Shown piece after piece: positions 39,790 to 51,109 of a stretch of DNA of 63,707 nt. Made by a program: the position numbers and the translations under genes. The notes beneath the pieces were generated by a model. The model did no database searches and was not told the DNA's origin. It saw only the letters and a program-made list of their open reading frames with translations. The first letter of the stretch is position 1. Every line of letters starts with the position of its first letter. The DNA comes from Bdellovibrionota bacterium. GTDB lineage: Bacteria; Bdellovibrionota_C; UBA2361; JBGSMV01. The stretch is from positions 1 through 63,707 of the forward strand of contig JBGSMV010000005.1 in the NCBI GenBank assembly GCA_041739995.1, given 5' to 3'.

Positions 39790-40697
39790 GACTTCTTTTG
39801 TTTGGGGGTAGTGGTCAACTTGGCTTGGAGCTAATGAATCGCGCCCGAGATCTGAACTTTGAGATGTTTTCTCCGGTTCAGTCTGAGGTTGACGTGACGG
39901 AGCGCGAGCAAATTGTGAGGCTTGCGGAGAAGTCTGGGCCGCAGGTGATCATTAATTGCGCGGCATACACCGCAGTGGACAACGCAGAAGAAGAAAAGGA
40001 CCTCGCATTTCGAGTGAATTGCGACGGAGCTTTGAACGCCGCCTTGGCAGCTAAAGCTTGTGGTGCGCGCTTGATTCATATTTCGACTGATTATGTGTTC
40101 GATGGCTCGGCTAGTGTGCCCATTCCTGAGGATGCCCCTACACAGCCGCTCAGTGTGTACGGAAGTTCTAAGCTCGCCGGTGAGCGCGCGGTGCTTGATT
40201 GCCTGGGAGACAAGGCCCTGGTGGTGCGTACCTCGTCACTGCACGGGCAACATGGGGCCAACTTTGTTCATACCATGGTGAAGCTCTTTAAAGAGCGCGA
40301 TCAAGTTCAGATTGTCGATGACCAATTTATGAGTCCCACTTGGGCCGGTTGGTTGGCTGAGGTTCTGTTGGATCTTTGTCGCATTGAATGTCACGGGGTG
40401 TTGCACGCTTGTGGTGCGGGGGTTTGCAGTTGGTACGATTTTGCAAGCGCTATTTACCAGGATATGAATCCCCTACTGAGGAGGGAAGTATCGCTCGTGC
40501 GCGTGCGTGCGGCTGATTACGTGCGACCTGCAAAGCGCCCCGCATACTCAGCAATGAGTACCGCAAAGTTAACTGCGCTGCTCGCGCGTCCAGCGCTTCG
40601 ATGGCGTGAAGGACTCGCAAGTCATTTGAGCGAGATTCGGGTACTTGCTGAGGGCGCTGAACATGAACCGTCGAGCGAGAGGCCGGACGTCGCATAG
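39780..40697 (+). CDS. rfbD: dTDP-4-dehydrorhamnose reductase
   Basis: GSGQLG, AAYTAVD.AE, STDYVFDG, YGSSKLAGE, RPAYS. Confidence 0.95.
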   Translation: MRVRLLLFGGSGQLGLELMNRARDLNFEMFSPVQSEVDVTEREQIVRLAEKSGPQVIINCAAYTAVDNAEEEKDLAFRVNCDGALNAALAAKACGARLIHISTDYVFDGSASVPIPEDAPTQPLSVYGSSKLAGERAVLDCLGDKALVVRTSSLHGQHGANFVHTMVKLFKERDQVQIVDDQFMSPTWAGWLAEVLLDLCRIECHGVLHACGAGVCSWYDFASAIYQDMNPLLRREVSLVRVRAADYVRPAKRPAYSAMSTAKLTALLARPALRWREGLASHLSEIRVLAEGAEHEPSSERPDVA

Positions 40698-40722
40698 CGG
40701 GACTTCAAACGGGAAGGTTGGC

Positions 40723-41856
40723 ATGAGTAAGACTCGAAGTGACGTAGCGGTTTGCATCCTCGCTGGAGGGGCAGGCACGCGCTTCTGGCCCCTAAGTAGG
40801 GCACTTACACCAAAGCAATTTTTACCATTGGGGACTACCTCTGACCCTATGATTTGTGCCACGGCCCGTCGGGTTCGTGCTATGCAGCCGACTCCTCAGC
40901 TTTGGGTGGTGACCAGTAAGCTGCTTGCGGAGGAGACTCAGCGCTTAGTTCCCGATGCGCATATTGTCGCCGAACCGGTAGGGCGAAATACCGCAGCTTC
41001 AATCGGTCTTGCGGCTGCGGCCGCAGCTTCGGTCAATCCAGAAACGGTCTTAGTGGTGCTTCCTGCAGATCACGCCGTTAAGGATGAAGATCGGCTCCGT
41101 GGAATCTTAGGTGAGGCGATCGCCCTCGCGCGTGACAATGAGCTGCTGGTGACGATCGGTATCGCACCTTCATTTCCTCATACGGGCTATGGCTATATTC
41201 AGCGCGGTGAGCCGTTTGGTGGCGATCGATCGCAGTCATCCTACCGCGCCTTCCAAGTTAAGCATTTCTACGAAAAACCGAATTCGGAGCGGGCTCAAGC
41301 CTACTGCGAATCGGGAGACTATCTATGGAACAGCGGCATGTTTGCATTTCGCGCCAAAGTGATACTGGCAGCGATACGCGAATGTTTGCCGGCTCTCGCT
41401 GACGGCTTGGACGAGATCGGAAAAGCCTGGGGCGGTGCCGATCAGGACATGGTGCTGGCGCGCGTGTTTCCTACGCTTGAAGCGATTTCTATTGATGTGG
41501 GTGTAATGGAGCACGTAAAGAATCGTGCCTTGATTGAGGCCCCTGACTTCGGCTGGAATGATGTGGGCTCTTGGGATGCGTGGGCCGAGCAGTTCCCTGC
41601 GGACAAGCACGAGAATGTCTTCTCTGGAGATGTAGTTGCGATCGATAGCGAATCTTGCATTGTGAGGTCGGGGGGGCTTGGTGCGTCTGAAACAGCGCAG
41701 AAGAGTTCGGGCAGAGTGATTGCATTACTTGGCGTGAAGGATCTGGTGGTGATCGATTCTGGAGACGCGCTGCTGATTTGTCCGAAGTCCCGAGTTCAAG
41801 AAGTGAAGAAGGTTGTCGATGTATTTAGAGCGCGCGGACGTCCAGAGCTTGTATAG
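40723..41856 (+). CDS. manC: Mannose-1-phosphate guanylyltransferase
   Basis: LAGGAGTRFWPLSR..PKQFL, EPVGRNTA, PADH, TGYGYI, WNSGMF, WNDVGSW. Confidence 0.93.
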   Translation: MSKTRSDVAVCILAGGAGTRFWPLSRALTPKQFLPLGTTSDPMICATARRVRAMQPTPQLWVVTSKLLAEETQRLVPDAHIVAEPVGRNTAASIGLAAAAAASVNPETVLVVLPADHAVKDEDRLRGILGEAIALARDNELLVTIGIAPSFPHTGYGYIQRGEPFGGDRSQSSYRAFQVKHFYEKPNSERAQAYCESGDYLWNSGMFAFRAKVILAAIRECLPALADGLDEIGKAWGGADQDMVLARVFPTLEAISIDVGVMEHVKNRALIEAPDFGWNDVGSWDAWAEQFPADKHENVFSGDVVAIDSESCIVRSGGLGASETAQKSSGRVIALLGVKDLVVIDSGDALLICPKSRVQEVKKVVDVFRARGRPELV

Positions 41857-42233
41857 TGGCTTTGGGTGATACTCCCTACTAGAGTTCTGTCGTCTTTGTC
41901 GACATTTAGAGCTGTTAAATCATGAGCTTAGGCGCTGCGGTTGTATAGGGCGTCTTCTCAGGCACAATGCCATCGCCTCTTACTGAGCGCTTCACTCGTA
42001 TGCGACTACGACGTTCGGCGAGGACATTCGGCGAAGACGTTTGAGGGGCACGTTTCATTGGGGTCTACTATTTGTAGCAGTTAAGTCGGCGTTTATTACC
42101 GACGCTAGCGTTGTGTGACTTTTGTCTCTGAGTGAATCAAGAGAATTTGTCGGGCTGGGCAGTCAGACAAATTGTTTTAAGTGAGCTCCAGAGATCCTTA
42201 AGACATGCTTCCTGTTTGTTTAAGGGAGGTAGA

Positions 42234-43547
42234 GTGACTAATTCTCCATCGAGTTCTCCGTCCGGCAGGGTTCCTCGTGATCTGGCGCCTGGCAATTTTG
42301 GTCCCGGATCTTCTGTGCCGCCGCTCGCGCTTTCAGGCCTTAACCCTCCATCTCGTCCCGGACTGTTTGACGGAGTGACGCCCGCACCCGTCGATCCCAT
42401 TTTTGGCGTTCTCGCAGGATTTCGAGCCGACCGTCGAGAGGAGAAGGTGAATCTGGGGATCGGAGTTTACTGTGGTCCGTCCGGACTTACCGAGCCGCTG
42501 GAGGTGGTCAAGAAGGCAGAAGCGCAACTGGCACAGAGGCACGAGCGTCCTGGGTATCTACAGCCAAGTGGACACGCAGAATTCTGTTCAGGAATTGAAG
42601 CTCTGGTACTTGGAACCGAGTCCATCGCGTCCAGGCAGGGCAGAGTGCTTGTGCGCCAAGCGCTTGGGGGCACCGGAGCACTTAGACTTGCGGGTGATTT
42701 GCTAAGTGAGGTTCTTGGAGTTCAGCAAATAGCGGTCAGCAGACCGACCTGGGAAAATCACGCTAACGTGTTTTCATTGGCGGGCTTCAAGGTAGTGGAC
42801 TATCCGTATTATTCCCCCGAGCGGCGCGGATTGGATTTCGAAGCGATGCTAAACGGCATCAAGGCCCTCCCGCCGCGTTCAGCATTGTTGTTGCACGGTT
42901 GTTGTCATAATCCGACCGGAGTCGACCCGAGTGCGGCGCAGTGGCATCAGATTATGGCGACCGTTGGAGAGAGAGCCCTGATTCCAGTGCTTGATTTTGC
43001 CTACCAAGGATTTGGTCGAGGAATGCACGAGGATGCGCTTTCTGCCAAGCTTTTCGCAGCGTCGGGCTTACCGTTTTTTGTAGCGCAGTCTTGCTCCAAG
43101 AACTTTGCTCTTTATGAGAAGCGCACCGGGGCTATGATCTTCGTGGCTGAGAATCAAGCGGATATCGCGCTGGCCGCGGGACATGTTCAGCGGCTCATTA
43201 GAGGCACGTACTCAAATCCACCGGCCGACGGTGCTCGAATCGTCGCCCATATTCTCTCTAACAATAACCTATGCGGTGACTGGGCAGTGGAGGTCCGCGC
43301 CATGCGTGACCACGTCGATCAAATGAGGCAGCGGCTGGTCGAGGGGCTTAAAAGCCGAGGGGTAGATTTTTCATATGGGTTGGAGCAACGAGGGATATTC
43401 ATGTATCCGGAATTTAGCCCTGGCCAGCCCGAACGCCTTCGTGCTGAACGAGCCGTTTACGTCCTTGATAGTGGCCGACTGTGTGTCCCGGCTCTAAACG
43501 CACGAAATATCGACTACGTAGTTGATAGCATCGCCGCGACCGCGTGA
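42234..43547 (+). CDS. aspC: Aspartate/aromatic amino acid aminotransferase (AspC/TyrB type) with N-terminal extension
   Basis: DPIFG, KVNLGIGVY, GGTGALR, PTWENH, HGCCHNPTGVD, DFAYQGFG, SCSKNF; GGGAGGT RBS before GTG at 42234. Confidence 0.88.
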   Translation: MTNSPSSSPSGRVPRDLAPGNFGPGSSVPPLALSGLNPPSRPGLFDGVTPAPVDPIFGVLAGFRADRREEKVNLGIGVYCGPSGLTEPLEVVKKAEAQLAQRHERPGYLQPSGHAEFCSGIEALVLGTESIASRQGRVLVRQALGGTGALRLAGDLLSEVLGVQQIAVSRPTWENHANVFSLAGFKVVDYPYYSPERRGLDFEAMLNGIKALPPRSALLLHGCCHNPTGVDPSAAQWHQIMATVGERALIPVLDFAYQGFGRGMHEDALSAKLFAASGLPFFVAQSCSKNFALYEKRTGAMIFVAENQADIALAAGHVQRLIRGTYSNPPADGARIVAHILSNNNLCGDWAVEVRAMRDHVDQMRQRLVEGLKSRGVDFSYGLEQRGIFMYPEFSPGQPERLRAERAVYVLDSGRLCVPALNARNIDYVVDSIAATA

Positions 43548-43592
43548 GGCTGATTGGCCACGCAGTTCCCGGGCGAAGAAGCCCTTCTTTGA

Positions 43593-44654
<1,062 letters not shown>

Positions 44655-44685
44655 CCGGGCGCCCGTTAGAGAAGGATCTACGCCC

Positions 44686-44741
44686 GCATTCCTGCACCGG
44701 CATTCCTGCACCGGCACTCCTGCACTGGCACTCCTGCAACT
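44686..44741. repeat. 14-bp tandem repeat x4 (GCAYTCCTGCACYG)
   Basis: Seen directly between gmd and the next gene. Confidence 0.85.
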
Positions 44742-44946
44742 GTCGCGGTCCAACGCTCCGCTCTCACCCTGTCTCCGCGAGAATAAACCTTAACCAAAGA
44801 GCGCGTTCATCCCCGGGAACTTCACCTAATCACCGAAGGGGTCCTGGGGTGATTCAAGCATTTTAGCTAGATTTTTGTTGTACGGAGACAGGGAGTCTAC
44901 GGAGAGGAGGTTGTACCTTGTGCGGCGTTGCACTACCTTCCGTGCT

Positions 44947-45990
44947 ATGCGCGCACTGGTAACCGGAGCTTCAGGGTTTGTCGGACAGCACCTTATCAAG
45001 TATTTGCTTGGTGAGGGTGATGAGGTGTGCGCGTGCTTTCTGCCCGGAACCTCATATCCAGATCTGCTTTCTGACCCATCCTTGAAGGTCAGTGCTGCAC
45101 AGAAAAGTGCTGCAGAGAAGGCTAATGCGCTTACCTGGTATCCTCTCGACATTGCTAGCCTCGATGATTGCCGCACCTTGTTCAATCAAATCCGACCGGA
45201 GGTAGTGTACCACTTGGCGGGAATATCGTTCGTCCCCCAAGCCGAAGACGATTTTATGGGCGCCTTGGCGGCGAATGTCGCCGGCGTAAATAATATCACC
45301 CGTGTTGCTCACGAGCTTAATAGCGGTGTGCGTGTGGTGCTGGCCGGTTCCGCAGATGTGTATGGCAAAGTGACGCATGAACAGCTTCCGGTGAGCGAAG
45401 AGACACTTGCGCTGCCAGTCAACGCGTATTCTACCACAAAGTTAATGGCTGAGATTGTGGCGGATCGTTGGCATCGGCTCGGGCAGGTTTCTGTGGTGGT
45501 GCTTCGTCCCTTTAATCACATTGGCCCCGCGCAGGACTTTCGTTTTGTGGCCCCCGGGTTTTCCAAGCAGCTCGTGATGATTAGCAAAGGTTTGCAAGAC
45601 GCGCGTATTCAGGTGGGCAATCTTTCTGCGCGCAAAGATTTTACCGATGTACGCGATGTGGTGCGCGCCTATCGTAGTGCTGCACTAATCAAGTCTCGCG
45701 TCGATCGTTGCGAGCGTTTTGTGATCTGCTCAGGAAAATCAGTCCCCGTTCAAGCCATTTTAGACGGACTGATTGAGGTCTCGGCGCTTGAGGTTGAGGT
45801 AACCTCAGATCCAGCGCGCATGCGCCAGGCCGAAGTCCCTGAGCTATATGGATCTTACGCCAAGGCGGAGCGGGAGCTGGGATGGACTCCGCGCATTTCG
45901 CTTCAGGAGTCGCTTAGGGATATCTATGCGGACGTGCTTAAGCGAGTTTCGAATGAACTTGAGGAGCCTCGTTCCGAGGGTGCCTCCTAA
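44947..45990 (+). CDS. rmd: GDP-4-keto-6-deoxy-D-mannose reductase-like SDR (Rmd type)
   Basis: TGASGFVG, HLAGISFVP, YSTTK, RPFNHIGP.Q, VGNL..RKDFTDVRDVVRAY; follows gmd. Confidence 0.75.
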   Translation: MRALVTGASGFVGQHLIKYLLGEGDEVCACFLPGTSYPDLLSDPSLKVSAAQKSAAEKANALTWYPLDIASLDDCRTLFNQIRPEVVYHLAGISFVPQAEDDFMGALAANVAGVNNITRVAHELNSGVRVVLAGSADVYGKVTHEQLPVSEETLALPVNAYSTTKLMAEIVADRWHRLGQVSVVVLRPFNHIGPAQDFRFVAPGFSKQLVMISKGLQDARIQVGNLSARKDFTDVRDVVRAYRSAALIKSRVDRCERFVICSGKSVPVQAILDGLIEVSALEVEVTSDPARMRQAEVPELYGSYAKAERELGWTPRISLQESLRDIYADVLKRVSNELEEPRSEGAS

Positions 45991-46030
45991 ACTGTTGAGG
46001 GTAGTGGAAGTTTTCCGGGGAGAGAGCACT

Positions 46031-47026
46031 TCAGTTCTTGCTAAGTTCTTCGATCCCCGTAGAGGTAAGGCGGCGACGATTTTTTAGCATATACGACGGA
46101 ATTACTACGACATCTCCAGGAGAGAGCTCTCCATTCGCGCTTCCGAGCTGATTCATTCTCGCTAAACGGGCCGCGTTTTCACCATCAAAAGTGAACCATC
46201 TTGCCACCACCGACAGCGTTTCATTGGACTGAGTCACGTAATGCACGAGATCTCCGCGTGGTGAGATCTCCGCGTCTGTTGCGGGGGCTGCGGCAATCAG
46301 AGCGCGAAGTGCAGGAGAGGGGCCTGAAGTATCACCAGATAATTTCTTAGGAGTAGATTTGTACGCTACCGGGGTGACTTCCCTTGGCGAGAGTCGAGCA
46401 CGAGCGGGCTCGGCGCGAGGCATCTTAGAGCCCTCGGTACGCTGAGCAGCGTCCGCATCCACTGATCGAAGCGCGGCCACTAGGGTGGGTCTTTCTAACA
46501 GTGCGGGGGATTGGAATGCCTCTGATGAGCCTCTGGTCGATGGTCGAAGCGCCGCCTGATGAGCCTGGGATTTTTGCGCGGTGGCAGCAGTTATTACTTT
46601 GGCGCTGTTCGCTTCTTGAACAATGGCGTTCGTGCCCTGAATCGGCCCCGTAATAATCCAGGTCTGGTCCGAGGAGAGTAGCTGGTAAGTTTCAGGAGGA
46701 GTGTGATAGTGCAGAAGGACAGTAGTGGGGCTAAAGAAGGAGTTCTCAATTTCAAGCGAATTAGGAGTTCCCCGCACCTCAATAAACCCTTTGAGTTCGG
46801 CACTACGTTCGATCTCTCGGGAGAGAAACAAATTTCCTGCCAGGTACGGGTTCGACTCACTCAGTGCGATTGGGCCTCGATCATTAAGGCGAACCATCAA
46901 CGGATCGTTAGCGCCAAGAGAATGGTGGCTGCAGCCCGCACCGCAAAGAGTCAGGACACATGCGCCCACGACACCCAGAGCGAACGAAGATCTTAGATGA
47001 AACGATGTGGCGTCAATCAATCCCAT
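46031..47026 (-). CDS. LysM-domain lipoprotein
   Basis: Lipobox GAGC; C-terminal HYV..NETLS.VARWF......LA..N......L.PGD...IP. Confidence 0.75.
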   Translation of the reverse strand: MGLIDATSFHLRSSFALGVVGACVLTLCGAGCSHHSLGANDPLMVRLNDRGPIALSESNPYLAGNLFLSREIERSAELKGFIEVRGTPNSLEIENSFFSPTTVLLHYHTPPETYQLLSSDQTWIITGPIQGTNAIVQEANSAKVITAATAQKSQAHQAALRPSTRGSSEAFQSPALLERPTLVAALRSVDADAAQRTEGSKMPRAEPARARLSPREVTPVAYKSTPKKLSGDTSGPSPALRALIAAAPATDAEISPRGDLVHYVTQSNETLSVVARWFTFDGENAARLARMNQLGSANGELSPGDVVVIPSYMLKNRRRLTSTGIEELSKN

Positions 47027-47795
47027 AAAAACTAGGGTTCTCGCAAAGTCCTGCTAACTCTTCGGGGCCTACCACGACGTTCTCTCTGGCGATGCGACGT
47101 AGTGTCGTGACCAGTCCTCGTAGCGGCGAACTCCTAGGTTCTGATGCTATCTGATCGAGAGAAGTCTTAAGATCGATCGTCTCTGATGATTTATGTGGGA
47201 TTTTCGCAGGCTTAGCGTCAGCAGCGGAGGTACCCTGGTTCGCGGAATCGGAGCTTGCCAACTCCACTGCAGAGGCTCCTGGCTGTATAATTTCAACTTG
47301 GAAGGTGGCCTGACCAGGGTCGCTAAACCCGAGTGCGGATCCTGGTTCATCAAGCTGACTCCTGCGACGCGCAAGGTATTTCTCCAGTCCGAAGGCCGAA
47401 GATTGCACTTCCTCAAGATCGCTCGAGGTAAGTTGTACCAGAAATCTTTCTCTAGCCTGAGGGCGCTTCGAGCGCACAATTCCACACTCAACAAAGAGCG
47501 TAGAACCGTTCAGGCGATACTGTTCAAATTCTGGGACTTTAAAGAGCGATCCACGCGCGATGAAAATACCGACCCGTGAAATTACCGGGGCTGAGATCGA
47601 TTCGAGTGCGGTCTGATTTTGAGTCGGTTCCGGGCCACTAATCCAAGAGCACCCCACCAAGAACGAAGAAATGAAAGCACTCCAACCGATCGCCCCAGAA
47701 TAGCTCAACAGAGCAGCTAAAAATGGCCTGGGCCTGCGGGCTGACTGGATGGTGGGGGTGCGGGCTGGGCGGTCAGGTAATCGATTAATTTGCAT
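47013..47795 (-). CDS. Hypothetical lipoprotein
   Basis: LVGC lipobox; overlaps the start of the LysM gene. Confidence 0.6.
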   Translation of the reverse strand: MQINRLPDRPARTPTIQSARRPRPFLAALLSYSGAIGWSAFISSFLVGCSWISGPEPTQNQTALESISAPVISRVGIFIARGSLFKVPEFEQYRLNGSTLFVECGIVRSKRPQARERFLVQLTSSDLEEVQSSAFGLEKYLARRRSQLDEPGSALGFSDPGQATFQVEIIQPGASAVELASSDSANQGTSAADAKPAKIPHKSSETIDLKTSLDQIASEPRSSPLRGLVTTLRRIARENVVVGPEELAGLCENPSFYGID

Positions 47796-47887
47796 GGAAT
47801 AAGTCTAAGGGGGAGCCGACGAAAAGGCCACCCATTTGCTTAGTGCTACCGGCCTGGCTACCATTAGGCATGGGCAGCGTTTCACTC

Positions 47888-48340
47888 ATGGGTTCTGTAT
47901 CGCGTGGCTTTTTTTGCGCGCTTATGTGCGCGTCCCTGCTTAGCTGCAGTGCAAAACCCAGCGGTTCTGCCCCAGAGGGCTTTGACGTCGGCACCACACA
48001 GGACGCAGTAGCGATGGACGAAGCCTCCCAGGATCGCCGTGATGCTACCGAGGTCGCAAGGGGAGTCGAGTCGAGTCTTCGTGCTTCTTTGGGCGAGGTT
48101 GCCGGCCGCTATGCTGCTGAGTCTGAGGGCGGAGAGGCCAATATTTCTCTTTGTACGACCGATTTCGACTATGAGGGCGGTCTTAGTGTCACCACTTGTT
48201 CTGTTATTTCGGGGACGGACGTTTCCGGCAATGACCTGTCCTCTTTAGAGTCGGCCTTCTTAGAGGAGTTCGAGGACTTCGATGAATTTGGCGACTCCGA
48301 CGATGCCTTGCACCTCGACCACGATCACGTGACTCAGTAA
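47888..48340 (+). CDS. Hypothetical acidic lipoprotein
   Basis: LLSC lipobox; D/E-rich with a His-containing tail; start uncertain. Confidence 0.5.
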   Translation: MGSVSRGFFCALMCASLLSCSAKPSGSAPEGFDVGTTQDAVAMDEASQDRRDATEVARGVESSLRASLGEVAGRYAAESEGGEANISLCTTDFDYEGGLSVTTCSVISGTDVSGNDLSSLESAFLEEFEDFDEFGDSDDALHLDHDHVTQ

Positions 48341-48442
48341 CTAATAGCATCCGTTGGAGCCCCCCTTTGTGGAGCCCCATCAGTGTCCCCCATCAGTGTC
48401 AAGGCAGTCTCTGCGGCGTACAGTCTTCGTTGGCAAACTGCC

Positions 48443-49015
48443 TTAATTGCAACACTGCGCACACGTACCGAAGAACTCCAGCACATGGTGCTGCACCTTG
48501 AACCGACTGTGCTTCGCGATCTCTTTGAGCACGCGAGTCACGTCGAAGCAGACGTCAACACATTCTACGTGCTGACACGAAGTGCAGATCATATGGTGGT
48601 GGTGCCCATCGTGAGCAACGAATTCGTAGCGTTTCATGCCGTCTAAAAAGTCGACTTCGACCACAATGCCTTGCTCTACAAGAAAATAGAGCTCGCGATA
48701 GACGGTGGACTTGTTAGGGCGGAGCTTTGCTCGGGAAGCCGCAGATTTAATGTCGGCGACCGACAGTGGGCCTCTGGAAAATTCCAGTAGCTCCAACATA
48801 AAGCGCCTTAATCGAGTGACGCGGAATCCCGCGGATCTTAGCTGAGAAACGATCTCGTCGACTGACGGATGTTGATCGGAGTGAGTGTGTTTTGATTTTG
48901 AAGGTTCGGCTCGGCCCTTCTCATGGAATGGGGCATGATCATGACCATGGACAGGCGCGCGAGCGCGCTTGGTTCGTGATTTATTATCCCGCGATTTAGT
49001 TCGGTTAATCGGCAT
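48443..49015 (-). CDS. Fur-family regulator, probably Zur-like
   Basis: GFRVT..R, STVYR.L, HHHHMICTSC, G.CAQC; His-rich N-terminal extension. Confidence 0.9.
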   Translation of the reverse strand: MPINRTKSRDNKSRTKRARAPVHGHDHAPFHEKGRAEPSKSKHTHSDQHPSVDEIVSQLRSAGFRVTRLRRFMLELLEFSRGPLSVADIKSAASRAKLRPNKSTVYRELYFLVEQGIVVEVDFLDGMKRYEFVAHDGHHHHMICTSCQHVECVDVCFDVTRVLKEIAKHSRFKVQHHVLEFFGTCAQCCN

Positions 49016-49101
49016 GGCGGTTATCTGGGCTTGATTGTTTGGATTCCCTGTCGTTCTGCCGACCTCTTCTGGCGAATAGCGCGACCGATTCGCGCAAAGG
49101 G

Positions 49102-49176
49102 ATTTCTATTATGAGCGCCTTCTAGAATGAGGTCTTCTAGTATGGGGCCTTCTAGTATGGAGCCTTCTATTCTGAA
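49102..49176. repeat. 15-bp degenerate tandem repeat x5 (GCCTTCTAGTATGGR) abutting the tRNA-Leu 3' end
   Basis: Five units seen directly. Confidence 0.8.
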
Positions 49177-49178
49177 TA

Positions 49179-49261
49179 TGCCGGAGGAGGGACTTGAACC
49201 CACACTCCCGTGAAAGAACCGGATTTTGAGTCCGGCGCGTCTACCATTCCGCCACTCCGGC
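49179..49261 (-). tRNA. tRNA-Leu(CAA)
   Basis: GCCGGAG/CTCCGGC acceptor stem, GGCGGAATGGTAGACGC D arm, CCGGA-CTCAAAA-TCCGG anticodon arm, long variable arm, GTTCAAG T loop. Confidence 0.96.
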
Positions 49262-49504
49262 GTATCTAAAGATACCGTTCCTGCCCAATATCTAGCCGCC
49301 CAACCTACCTCAAATCCAGCGAGAAGTAGAAACACTCGGTCGCAAAACCCGATGCTACAAGCCGATACCTGAGGAGTGAGCAAGCAGGTTTCTTAGGCCG
49401 TAACCGAGTCTGGCGTCAAGACTTGGCATTGAGGTTCCTGTTCTTCGGTGATGTTTTAGGAAGGGGATGTTTGGAAAAGGGGACTTATTGGCTGCCGGAG
49501 GTAT

Positions 49505-50317
49505 TTATTTTGGCTCAGGAGCTAGTCCTTCCTCAAGTGGGAGCGCGGATCGAATCAAGCTCTCAAGGTGCTCTGGGGCACTTTCTAATGAGAGTGCTGA
49601 AACTTCGATTGGTGCAAGTGCGTGAACGTGAATTCGGGCGCCAGGAAAGACTGGCAGCAGGTTCCAGCAGGTCAATTTCCAGCTTCCTGAGGTTGCCACC
49701 GGTATAATGATCCCATCGGGCATGGTTTTCATCAGGCTCATAATGCCCTGTGGTCTAAAGTGCTTCATGCGACCATTGCGGGCTCTGGTTCCCTCTGGAA
49801 AAAGAACTGCAGCGCGCTTGAGGCGATTCATTTCAACTCCGAACTTCTCTATGGCGGTTATTGAGCCACGCACATTGCTACGATCGATCAGCAGGGCCCC
49901 CATATTTCTCAGTGCGTGCGAGGCGCTAGGAATGCCGCGGCCAAGCTCCTTCTTGGCAATGAACCCAGGAGTAAGGTGTCGAAGATTCCAAAGAAGCAGC
50001 GGGATGTCATACAGACTTTGATGGTTGCTGACCACGACTGCGGCCCTGCCAGGAGGAAGATCGCTAAAACCGTGAGCAGTTACGGATGTACCTATGAGGC
50101 GCAGGCCGCATACCAGGGCTCCATTGCCGAGCGTGATAATCCACCTGTAGAACCGCTGGTTGACGTAAAATGCAGCCACGATCATGGGATGCCACAGCAA
50201 CACGGTGCACACGAATACGGTCAGATAGATCGGTGTCAAAACCCATCCGATCGCGACTCGAAGCGGGGTGCTTTTACGTGGTGTGGTGTCGCTCATATCT
50301 AGAGACTGCTGACTCAA
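49505..50317 (-). CDS. plsC: 1-acyl-sn-glycerol-3-phosphate acyltransferase
   Basis: SNHQSLYDI, FIAKKEL, IDR, FPEGTR. Confidence 0.85.
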   Translation of the reverse strand: MSQQSLDMSDTTPRKSTPLRVAIGWVLTPIYLTVFVCTVLLWHPMIVAAFYVNQRFYRWIITLGNGALVCGLRLIGTSVTAHGFSDLPPGRAAVVVSNHQSLYDIPLLLWNLRHLTPGFIAKKELGRGIPSASHALRNMGALLIDRSNVRGSITAIEKFGVEMNRLKRAAVLFPEGTRARNGRMKHFRPQGIMSLMKTMPDGIIIPVATSGSWKLTCWNLLPVFPGARIHVHALAPIEVSALSLESAPEHLESLIRSALPLEEGLAPEPK

Positions 50318-50828
50318 GCAGCGTAAGAAGTTTTGTGCCGGCGAGGGAGGAGGATAGTTCCGATAATTTTTGCCTTAGGCTCAACATTATTTCTGACTGT
50401 TGCTGCTTCGAAGGTTGCATGTGGAGATGCCTAAGATCGTCAAGGGCACGAAGGCCCGCCACGAAATGTGTATCTTGCGGTGAGAGTAGGCTGTCGGTCT
50501 CTGCTGAGAAACGGTCGACTTGAGTCAGGCGACAAGCGCCGGCTCGCATTGCGGCTGCTAGCAACCTTTCTGAGGGGCAGTCTTTTAGGTCTAACGCTAA
50601 AGAGGCGAGGCGAGTCGGGCGTGGAGCGAATGAGGCTCCTGGAGCGCGCGTGGAATCAGCCTCCGTGCACCCTCCGCTGTTAAATAAGCCGAGGTAGAGT
50701 GTACTGAGGCGTAGTGTTCCCTCTAGGCCCAGACCCCGATGGAGTCGTTGCCACAATCCGGTGGCATCGGATTTTAGGTCTCCTGAAAGCTTGAAAGTCG
50801 TCGTTGGAGAGTTAGCTTCGGTGGTCAA
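50274..50828 (-). CDS. Hypothetical protein
   Basis: 184-aa ORF (TTG start) overlapping the plsC start. Confidence 0.5.
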   Translation of the reverse strand: MTTEANSPTTTFKLSGDLKSDATGLWQRLHRGLGLEGTLRLSTLYLGLFNSGGCTEADSTRAPGASFAPRPTRLASLALDLKDCPSERLLAAAMRAGACRLTQVDRFSAETDSLLSPQDTHFVAGLRALDDLRHLHMQPSKQQQSEIMLSLRQKLSELSSSLAGTKLLTLLESAVSRYERHHTT

Positions 50829-51109
50829 TTGAATGCTCGTTCATCAAATGTCGTTCTGAAATCGCGTCGACCCTAAGTTCCCTGCTATGGGCACCGCAGC
50901 ATAGCTTAAATATATTACAATAATCAATTCAGATAGTTACTACCAAGCAAGCTGTAATTACCCGTTCTAATTGCTTTGCTGGTGGAATCCTTCAAAATCA
51001 TCGAGCCTAACGGGCAAAGTGAGAAACTCATATCTATATATACCCAAGAGGTCGAATTTAAGGTCGACTGAAAAGTGCGGTAAACGAACTGAGCTAAAGA
51101 GGAAGGCTA

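Noticed and set aside
44686..49176. Tandem repeats at 44686 and 49102 as CRISPR arrays
   Set aside because: Units are 14-15 bp, contiguous, without spacers; no cas genes
49021..49383. 120-aa minus-strand ORF
   Set aside because: Reads through tRNA-Leu and the 15-bp repeat; spurious
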